From Octopus vulgaris (Eukaryota): DNA of 64,000 nucleotides. Both the position numbers and the translations under genes were made by a program. The notes under the pieces are model-generated. The model saw only the letters and a program-made list of their open reading frames with translations, made no database searches and was not told where the DNA came from. The stretch spans positions 105,896,001-105,960,000 of the forward strand of contig OX597814.1 in assembly GCA_951406725.2 (NCBI GenBank), in the 5' to 3' direction. Positions 53,454 through 64,000 of this stretch are shown piece by piece; the first letter of the stretch is position 1, and every line of letters begins with the position of its first letter.

Positions 53454-54155
53454 TCTTCTTCTTCTTCTTCTTCTTCTTCTTCTTCTTCTTCTTCTTCTTC
53501 TTCTTCTTCTTCTTCTTCTTCTTCTTCCTTCTACTTCTTCTGCTTCTTCCTCCTCCTCCTCCTCCTCCTCCTCTTCTTTTTCTTCTTCCTCCTCCTCCTC
53601 TTCTGCTTCTTCTTCCTCCTCCTCCTCTTCTTATTTTTTATTCCTCCTCCTCCTCTTCTTCCGCTCTCTACTCCTTCTGCTTCTTCTTCCTCCTCCTCCT
53701 CTTCTTATTTTTCTTCCTCCTCCTCCTCTTCTGTTTCTTCTCCCTCCTCCTCCTCTTCTTCTTATTTTCTTCCTCCTCCTCCTCTTCTTCCTCCTCCTCC
53801 TCTTCTGCTTCTTCTTCCTCCTCCTCCTCTTCTGCTTCTTCTTATTTTCTTTCTCCTCCTCCTCCTCCTCTTCTTATTTTTCTTCTCCTCCTCCTCCTCT
53901 TCTTCTTATTCTTCTTCCTCCTCCTCCTCCTCCTCTTCTTCCGCTCTCTACTCCTGCTTCTTTCTCTTTTTCTCCTCCACTTCTTCTGCCTCCTTCCCTC
54001 CCCTCCTCTTCCTCTTCCTCTTCCTACTCCTTCTTCTCCTACTCCTTCTCCTTTTCCTTCTCCTTCTCTTCCACATCTTTCTTCTATTACACTTCCCGCT
54101 TCACCTCCCCCATCCACTCCTCTCTTTTTTTTCTTTTTTCTCTTCTGTCTTTCTC
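53454..54155. repeat. ~700-bp polypyrimidine (CTT/CCT)n tract
   Basis: Directly visible, almost purine-free on the + strand. Confidence 0.95.
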
Positions 54156-54484
54156 TCTAAAGTGTATCTAAACATCATGGCACAAACACACAAAACACAC
54201 ACACACACACACAAATGCGTGTAAGTGTGTATGTGTATTTGTATTTTATATATATGTAAGTGTGTGTGTGCCGTCAACATTCTACTTTTGCAATGCCTGT
54301 AGAAGTTAATCACTTATTTGATTGCAGAAATCACAGCTCCTCCTGCTAAATAAGCAGGATAATTAATTAATTAGACAATGAACTATAATTATTAACCTGA
54401 TGGATTACATATACATACATACATACATACATATGTTTATACAGACACACACATGTATCGCACGCGCGCGCACATACACATACT

Positions 54485-54515
<31 letters not shown>

Positions 54516-55780
54516 GTACATATATACATACACAAACACATACATACATGCATACATACATACACACACACAAACTCAGACACACATATATACACATATG
54601 TACATATATACATACACACATACATATATACATACATGCATGCATACATGTACACATATATACACATATGTACACACATACATACACACGTACATACATA
54701 CATGCATACATACATACATACATACACACACATACATACTCACACACACATATATACACATATGTACATATATACATACACATACTCAGATATATACACA
54801 TATGTACACATATACATACACACACCTACATGCATGCATACATGCGTACATAGATATACACACATATACATATATACATACATACATACACACACACACA
54901 TACACACATACCTATACAGTTATACACACACATACATATACAGATACATACACACATACATGCATGCATGCATACATAGATATACACACACTTACATACA
55001 TGCATACATACATATATTACATGGAGATTGTTCCATCTTCATAGATGAATGTCGTCTCCTTGTGCTTCCTAGCTGTCAATGGCATTTTTTACTTTCCAAC
55101 CATGACCTCCCAGACTACTTTTCATATCTGCATGGTTTGAAGCAAAAATGACAATCGAAAGTTGTAGCTTCCTGTACGCTTCCAACAGTTTAGATCTGCA
55201 TAAATCGCCATTCTTCCATTGTCATAGGAAGTTCTGCTGATGGAATGGCAAATGAGATCACCATAAGCAGACGTCCATGCGTCATTGGATTATCGAAATA
55301 AACTCTTGTAGAACACGTGTACCATTCTTTGAGTCTTTGTGATCGGTACCTAGTGGCAGGCCGAAGCTAGATGACCAGTTCTAAAGTTAAACCATCCGGT
55401 CTTAGGGCTCTGATTGTGGAGTTCTAGGATTTTGAGGACTACGGAACCACCTCTGAGCCAGTTTGTCCTAAAGTAGTAGCAACTATCTGGGACCCGGAAG
55501 TGGGTTTAACTAAAGAAATAATATTGGTTGGTGTCAGGTCGCACAGTAAAACCCTCGGGAGTAAGAGACATACATATATACATACATACACATATGCATA
55601 CATACACGCACATACATAGATACATACACGCATACATATATACAAAAATACCCTGTTGATGTAGAAATTTCAATGAAGGAGCCTTAAATCTTGGTTAGAA
55701 ACCGGCTCTTTCTCTATTGGGAAGAAATCTTGAAATAAAACTGAATAATGACTGACACACACACATACACACACACACAC

Positions 55781-56175
55781 TAGTGGTTCTCAACCAGTTT
55801 TACACAAATGGACCCCTTTGACTTACTATTTTATTCTGGTGGACCGTCAAAGCCATTCGGTATTTAAAAACTGGTTCTATAGATATGTTTTTCGAAATTC
55901 CTGTTTTGTTATTCACCGATTTACTTGTGTAGGTTTGCAATGGAACTCTCTGACAGAACATGTTTCTGCGACCGGAAACAAATTAAACTTTGTAAAACGT
56001 TAGTAAAAGAAACCTAACTGTTTCTAACAAAAAATACATCGAAAGTAATTTTTTTTACCTGCACCCTTTAAATACAACTTGTGGGTCGCCATATCACTAC
56101 TTTGCCTGCATGGACCCCCGAAAATCTTATGCAGAGCCCGCCGAGGGTCATATGAACCCTGGTTGAAAACCACTG
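55781..56175. mobile_element. hAT-type MITE
   Basis: TIRs TAGTGGTTCTCAACC / GGTTGAAAACCACTG, resembling hAT Charlie-type ends, with subterminal GGACCCC motifs. No TSD recognisable. A right-end relic lies at ~62060-62100. Confidence 0.75.
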
Positions 56176-56565
56176 CATTAGCCGCAAACCTCTGCCATAG
56201 GTATACACTATTACTGACAGCCAAACAGAGATCGACAGAACTGTAATTTCAAGTATCATATTCGTCGGCATTCCCTCATCTTGGTATCACTAAGAAACCG
56301 GACACAGGGCTACAGCTCCTATTTGCCAGATGAGAAAACTTGCAACTAAACCAAGGAGACTGATTTTGAAGTATTGACATTCTTTCGGTTGTTAATGTTG
56401 TTCCATTAATTACAGACATGCTCGGCTTGCTTGTTTTTCATACTAGGCTTTAATACGGAAGACATTCTTAGACTTCAAACTTCATTGTATAATTCAATTA
56501 ATAAAACATGTTAAATGCATTGGACAACCACTGTGGTTGCTACTATAGAATAAGTGGTCACTGAT

Positions 56566-56773
56566 GGGTCATCCCATAAATAATGCAGTTTTTATTCTTT
56601 TATTTTTTTAAATTAAGATGAAAGAAGTTCTTTTTTAATCTAAATAACCTATCCGTTTAACCTAAAATATACTCTGCTTTTATATCAAATCAACGCAGAT
56701 ACTTGATCCCTTATCCCTCTGATTTTTTAGTTCATACAATTGAAAAAAACCCCGCATTATTTATGGGATGGCC
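56566..56773. mobile_element. Tc1/mariner-like MITE
   Basis: TIRs GGTCATCCCATAAATAATGC / GCATTATTTATGGGATGGCC. Superfamily assignment is inference. Confidence 0.65.
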
Positions 56774-56834
56774 AAAGATAATAATAGTCTCAAGTTGGTC
56801 TTTTTCCCTGTCGCGGTGAAGTTATAAAGTGATA

Positions 56835-57098
56835 CTCCGTTGGTTACGACTATCAGAGTTCCCGTTGATCCAACCAACGGAACAACTTGCTAGTGAGATT
56901 AACGTTCAAGTGGCTGAGCACTCCACAGACATCCATTTCCTTAACGTAGTTCTCAGGGAGATTCAGCGTGGCACAGAATGTGACAAGGATGGCTCTTTGA
57001 AATACAGGTACAACTCCTTTTTGCCAGCTGAGTGGACTGGAGCAACGAGAAATGAAGTGTCTTGCTCAAGGACACAACGCGCCGTCGGGAATCAGCAT
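56835..57098 (-). mobile_element. SINE family C copy
   Basis: AAGTGGCTGAGCACTCCACAGACA..CTTAACGTAGTTCTCAGGGAGATTCAGCGTG..CTTTGAAATACAGGTACAAC shared with 25940-26299. Confidence 0.78.
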
Positions 57099-57426
57099 TA
57101 ATAATGCTGCTGCATGTTCTTCAATATTGAATTTAGATACGTAAGCGGCCACATACTGTCATAAGTGATGAATGATCACCAGAAATGTAATAGAATGCGC
57201 CAATATTGTGGGGGGAAGAGTGAGCATGTGTGTGCACATGTGTTCGTATGTGTATTCCTACCTACATACCTACAGACCTATCAACCTACCTACCCATTTA
57301 TTTATATATCCTTGCTACATACAAAACATATAAATTCTGTTATGAGAATCTTCGGGTCAATAAGGTCGAAAAAATTTATTTGATCTCTCCCCTGCTCTTT
57401 CACTTTACCTACAACTTTCACTGGTG

Positions 57427-57498
<72 letters not shown>

Positions 57499-57524
57499 TA
57501 TATCTGATATATATATATATTATA

Positions 57525-57564
<40 letters not shown>

Positions 57565-57604
57565 GATATATATATATATATTATATCTGATATATATATT
57601 ATAT

Positions 57605-57676
<72 letters not shown>

Positions 57677-58300
57677 ATCTGACGTCAGCAATAATTTAGC
57701 CAGCATTGTGTTATACCCCCATACCATACACAGGCCGTTGCAAATATAATAAATTGTCTAAAACTGTCAAAACCAGCGGAGCGTTTTGTTTTCTGGTTAT
57801 ATGAGCTACAGTAAGTATTTTGAACAATGATAATGTTTAAAATGTGAGATGTCTGGGCTGAAATGATTTGTCTTTCAAACATAAATGCCATGCTCTCTGC
57901 GATCTACACAGAGACAATCAATGTGTAAAGATGATTGTGTTGGTAGAATAATATCTGCTGATAGCATAATTGACTATATACGATTCTTATGATCTAATTC
58001 TGACATAGTTATTTCTTAATACTGACATGCCAGGTTCGATTACACTGCATAACGTTTTGGTCAATCATAGCATAATAAATTACGCTCACATGTCTGTAGT
58101 AACTTGCATGCTACGCATTATACAATATAATTGTATATTCGCAAACTAATGCAGATAAAGAAAACTAGTTCATCAGACTAACAGAATATCAAGGTTCCAA
58201 CAATGGTTTAACTTTTAATTATACACTGAAATTATTGCAGCATGAAGAAGGCTGCGAAACAGCCGTAACCTTAAAGATGACAATAGTGTTGCGGCCGTCT

Positions 58301-58407
<107 letters not shown>

Positions 58408-58886
58408 TCTTTGTAAGCATGTATATTTACATAGTATGTATATAAGTAATCGATGAAATATCTCAAAATATGTTTTATAGGATATTGAACTCATAAAAAG
58501 AGAAAAATGTCGATTTCGATGAGAATTTAAAGATCCGAAACAGGAACCAAAGATGCCCACTTCCTCCGCCCCTTCCTCCTCCTTCTCCTTCACCTCTTTA
58601 TCATCATCATCATCATCAACAACATCATCATCATCATCATCACTATCTTATAGATGACCTGCTGAAGACATGATTCTCTACGAGGACGTCGTATTAATTT
58701 CTTCTTCTTCTTCTTCTTCTTCTTCTTCTTCTTCTTCTTCTTCTTCTTCTTCTTTTTCTTCTATGCCTCTCCAACCGCCTCCATATTCCATAAATCCCTG
58801 ATCTGCTGTCGCTAATGTAATGGAAACACTCTGTTTAATATCCCATAATACACAGTCAGAAACAGACGTGATCAGAAAACCACTCG

Positions 58887-58936
<50 letters not shown>

Positions 58937-59152
58937 TTATGGTATAGAAGGGTGTGTGTAGCGTGTATGCATGTGTGCTGATGGATTACACGTCAGCACA
59001 TCGCTGGATCGATCGCTGCAATACGCTGGAGTATTTTCTGTGTTGCAGATGCAACAAGTAGCCTGCTGCATCTAGTCCCCTCTCCCCGAATCAAACGGAA
59101 GCACATCACCATCGCCACGTCCACCGGGTGGAATTACAAGACACACACAAAC

Positions 59153-59210
<58 letters not shown>

Positions 59211-59516
59211 AGACATTATCACACACAAATGCAAAGTTTTCGATACTTATATTTTCATAATTACACATTTTCCAGCGATTCTACTGACGAGCTACAGATG
59301 GTTAATTAATCACTTAATTAACGAACTAATCGATTTATTTGATGATTAGTGTGAAACTCATGGTATAAGCTTAACTGAGATATTCATTCAAGTGTCCTGC
59401 TCGCCTACAAGCAATGTGCGACAAGAATGTTTTTTCGTGGTTTGGGATTTGACTGCCGTTTTTAGCATGTAAGAAATCCACATGCTGGTTTTGTCTCTGT
59501 GTATAAATGTTTATAC

Positions 59517-59593
<77 letters not shown>

Positions 59594-59594
59594 G

Positions 59595-60542
59595 GCCATG
59601 TCTAACTCAATAGCATAACTTAGTTATTGTCTTTTTAAATTGATATTCGCTAGTTATTCCCATTGATAATTATATTTATAGTATTTATATAACTACGAAT
59701 TGATTATTTCTATAAGTATTTTACATAAGATTTCCGAAAGTTCGTTTAAGTTTGTTTGTATTTTTGAAATTAGCTATTTCATCTTTAAATATGAAAAATT
59801 AATTTATTAGGTTTTTATTATATGTGCATATATATTTATTTATAGAGATTAATGTGCATATATATTTATTTATAGAGTTTAATTATAATATTTATATACA
59901 TTTATATATTTTCATTGATAATTTATATATAATACTCAATTTTTAAAAAAATATTTATGTAATTAAATATAGACTATTACCGATATTAGATTATTGGTGG
60001 GTTTCCTACCTTATAAATTAAAATTAATATTTAACATTATAATCGATTTTGATATAATCATAATTGCTAAGTTTTTGTTTCTAGTTTGATAATAGAGTTT
60101 ATTATAAGTAAAATTATTATATTATTTATATCTTAAAAATATTGTTTAAATATTTCTGATAATTTTTAAAATATTTTAATTAACATTAAGATTGACTGTA
60201 ACCATAACTCGAATTATTAATTGAATTTAAATTATTGTTATTCGAATTGGTACAGTCATGAAACGATCGTAGTGTTTTACTCTTTATCTTTTATTAAACT
60301 TTTAATACTTTTGATATATAAAAAAAAAATAAATAAATAAATAAATTAATTAATTAATAAAATAATATATAAATATAAAAATATACATACATACATATAT
60401 ATATATATTTATAAAATTTATAAGTTTAAATTATTTAAATAATTTTTTATTTTTAACTTTTATATTACATTTTAAAATTAATTTTATATATTGGCTTATG
60501 TTTTTCACTGTTTGATTTGCCTAATAGTGGTTTTATCTCTAA

Positions 60543-60547
<5 letters not shown>
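59595..60547 (+). mobile_element. Very AT-rich element between (TA)n tracts with degenerate hammerhead-like motif (60182-60276)
   Basis: AACA-TTAAGA-T-TGACTGTA...TACAGTCA-T-GAA-AC-GATC-GT-A-GTGTT. Pyrimidine-rich 3' end runs into (TA)n. Confidence 0.5.
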
Positions 60548-60625
<78 letters not shown>

Positions 60626-61104
60626 ATAAGTTCAGCAAAAATTTAGATTCAGGTACTAAACACACATGATACTTAAGTTAAAGATCATGGTACTTAAGTG
60701 AAAGGCACCAGAATTTGGTATGGTATTATCCATATCAATCAAATGGGGTGATTATAATCATTGTCAATTTAATCAAACATTGTCAACTTAGTTTTAAAAA
60801 ATTCCATATGCGGCTAAAGATTGCTCTATATTTTAAAACTGATGTAATACTTATATTGTTTAATTAAATGAAGTAGCATGAAACGATTTTACTGCACTAC
60901 CTTTGCATATCCTTGTTGCTTATTTTGATTATATATATATATATTTATACAGAAGCACAAATAAAGGTTACAAACCTCATTCAGGGATAGCAAAATCCCA
61001 TGAAAGTACTGGTTAATTACCTTTACAAAGAATATTGGACATTCTTTCTAATACTTCACTGCAAGGTAACTATATAAACTGTGGTTTATATATATATTTA
61101 TTAT

Positions 61105-61441
61105 AATAATAAGATGAGAAAATAGAGAGATAATTAATAAATTATTATGTATTAACTAAAAATTGACAAACATCCCTTACAGCTGTTTCAGTTGAGACCT
61201 TCAGAAAATTAATTAACTAAATTAAAAATTATGTGGAAGTCGAATATCTTCAGAGGTAGACAACATGCAGAATTTGAACACCTATTTTGTATATCTTTCT
61301 CCACCTCTGGAGAGATTCGACTTTCAAATAATTTTTAATTGATTAATTTTCTGAGGGTCACAATTGAAATATCTGTAAGGGCTGTTTGCCAATTGTTTAG
61401 TTAATAATTAATAATTTATTAATTACATCTCTCTGTTCTCA

Positions 61442-61445
<4 letters not shown>
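61105..61445. mobile_element. Palindromic pLTR-like element with outward-facing hammerhead motifs (61175-61257 minus; 61303-61381 plus)
   Basis: Arms are diverged inverted copies. Minus: CCT-CTGAAGA...GAA-AC-AGCT-GT-A-AGG. Plus: CCT-CTGGAGA...GAA-AT-ATCT-GT-A-AGG. The spacer is the reverse complement of AGATATACAAAATAGGTGTTCAA at ~48826-48848. Confidence 0.7.
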
Positions 61446-61508
<63 letters not shown>

Positions 61509-61509
61509 T

Positions 61510-61740
61510 GTATGTATGTATTTGTGTCTGTGTTTGCCCCGCCCCCACCCACACCCATCATCGCTTGACAACCGATAATGGTGTGTTTACATCCCCGTGA
61601 GCTAACAGTTCGGCTCTTTTGCTGATAGAATAAGTACCAGGCTTACAAAAATAAGCACTGGAGTCGAGTTATTCGACTAAAGGTGGCGCTCCAGCATGTT
61701 TGAAATGACTGAAACAAATAAAAGGATAAAAGAATAAAGA
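61510..61740 (+). mobile_element. SINE family B 3' half
   Basis: CATCGCTTGACAACCGAT..GGTGTGTTTAC...GATAGAATAAGTACCAGGCTTAC...GGCGCTCCAGCATG. Confidence 0.78.
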
Positions 61741-62886
61741 ATATATATATATTATTGGAAATTGTATAAAATTTTGTTAAAATATTTTGTGTTGTGGAAT
61801 TATAAAAAAAAACAATTTACTGCACATAATTATTAGACGGTGCACGCGTTGGGTTGTTCCTCATAGCCGATGTTCCTCGATAAAATTGCTGCTGCTGCCG
61901 TTGTTGATGTGACTATTGTTGTTCCTGTAGCTGTTGCTGTATTTTTATAACTAAATACTATTATGAATTCTATTTTAAAAATCATCAAAATATTTCGATG
62001 AGAAGTACGACCAATTTAATGCATATTATTTTTAACCCCCACCAAAAAAAATTCTTGTATGGACCCCAAAGGGTCATGTGGTGCCCAGTTGAGAACACCC
62101 AGTGTATTAAGGGAACCACGAACCTATGATAAAGTCTATTCCACATAACAGCTGAGAGGTGAGGCTGTGTCGTTCATGCCTTTCTACAAGACAATTAAAC
62201 ATAATCATTTCTTTTTGGTCTCAGCACGATGAACCTGAAGATTAAACCTCACGCACACACAAACATACACGCACATGCACACACACACGCACACACACAC
62301 ATATATACTCATGTACATACACATACGCACGCATATAGTTTTTCGGGTATATACGCAGATGCTTAGGAGCGTCCGTATTTGTTATTATGCGTGCATGTAT
62401 GAATGTACTTGTGTGTATATGTGTATGTGTGCGTGCGTGTGTGTGTGTGTGTGTGTATAGGTGTATATATATATCCGTGTAGGTGGGGGCGGCGTGGATG
62501 TCTAAACCTATTATCCCCTCCACGCGAGAGAATCTGCTGTATGTACTTGAATATATACAATATGACATGATTAGAGGTAAGTCATTGAAACGAGAATGAT
62601 ATATAAACATACATACACATACGTACATAACATACATACATACATATATTCGTTGGCACGTGCGTGCATATATACACGTCAATAGTGCCACGTGGTCAAA
62701 CAAACCCTAATCACACGACGTCACTCACACGCAATCATATACGCATGCGTATGCGTATAAATGCATAAATACATATCTGCAAGTATACGTATGAGATCAC
62801 ACACATACACACTTACATATTTATATATACACGCTTACAAACACACATTGACACGTTTGTGTGTGTGTGAGTGTGTGTTTGAGTGT

Positions 62887-62923
<37 letters not shown>

Positions 62924-63202
62924 TGTGTGTGTGTATGTGTGTTTGAGTGTGTGTGTGTTTGAGTGTGTGTTTATGTGTGTGTGTGTGTGCGCGTGTGTCT
63001 GTGTTTGTGTATGTTTGTGTGTGTGTGTTTGTATGTGTGTGTGTGTGTGTATACGCATACACACAAACACTCACACAGTATATATTGCTGCTGCAATTGC
63101 CGCAGGTGCTGTCTATGTTTCCATATTTATGAATGTTCAGACAAGATAGCCGGCAGCATTGTCTTCGTCGTAACAACATCAGCAACAACAAACAGTAGTA
63201 GT

Positions 63203-63238
<36 letters not shown>

Positions 63239-63849
63239 TACAAAACTATCAAGAATTGAAGGAAATAGATGCAAAGGCCGCCAGCTTCTTGTTCCCTCCA
63301 CATCAATGAAATTTAGGGAGCAGGGTGAATCTAGAATCATTGTGAACTAACAAACTTCAAAGTCTTCTCCGGTGCGCATTTTTCATTATTTTTCTTCTTT
63401 TCTTTGTTATTTTGTTTTTCTGATTTTTACAATAACGCTGTGTGTTTTGTGACCGACTCGGCCATCAGTTACAAATGCGTGTGATTAAGTTCAACTGATG
63501 AATCAACGATGACGAAACTAGTGCAGTGTTTATTATAAGAAACCCCTTTAAACTGTGTCGGTCAACTGTGGTCTATTGTCAATGGAGTAAAACGAACTTC
63601 GGCTGCGGAGTAACGAAAAAGAAGAAAAACATAAATGGTTAACAATGTGCTTGTGTGTAATGCCTTTTTGCCTGTAGTTGTGTGTGTATATATATATATG
63701 CGGACATGCATAGAACTGTGTTTGACATCATATGCATGCATAATCCTATGAACAAACCTATACACTCACATACACACATATGAGCATAATATACGATGTA
63801 GTATATTTATAACTTGCCCTTCTTATTCCTACCTCCACCCCATCTCAAA

Positions 63850-63893
<44 letters not shown>

Positions 63894-64000
63894 GATGTGT
63901 TAATATACATGCATATATATAATGTATGTGTGTGTGTCTCTCTCCCTCTATATATATAAATATATTTGCACACATGTATACACACATATATATACATATA

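Noticed and set aside
53235-54224. 329-aa Ser/Leu/Phe/Pro ORF
   Set aside because: Translation of (CTAT)n and (CTT/CCT)n repeats.
55020-55350. Possible Tc1/mariner transposase relic on the minus strand (FIYEDG resembling FQQDG)
   Set aside because: Similarity too short and interrupted to support without a profile search.

Overview
AT-rich, microsatellite-saturated eukaryotic DNA. The SINE repertoire and the prickle sequence suggest an octopus/coleoid cephalopod genome (inference). The only supported host gene is the 3' part of a prickle-family planar-cell-polarity gene on the + strand: a partial LIM1/LIM2 exon ending at 173, a 13,670-bp intron, and a large terminal exon 13844-15448 encoding LIM2-LIM3, polyQ, a Ser-rich PKH-like region and the CaaX box CAIS. 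The rest is intron, UTR or intergenic sequence filled with three tRNA-derived SINE families, several MITEs, a Helitron 3' end, Penelope-like (GIY-YIG) remnants and long simple repeats. Nearly all other ORFs in the track are translations of microsatellites. The most striking signal, read by eye, is about ten minimal type I hammerhead ribozyme motifs from at least six unrelated sequence families. They mostly sit in short Penelope-type pseudo-LTR fragments beside (TA)n tracts, often as outward-facing inverted pairs. The clearest case is a young 430-bp/430-bp inverted-repeat Penelope insertion nested in a SINE inside the prickle intron, whose ribozyme carries a compensatory U3-A8 core pair. Repeat boundaries are approximate, and no database or folding computation was run.
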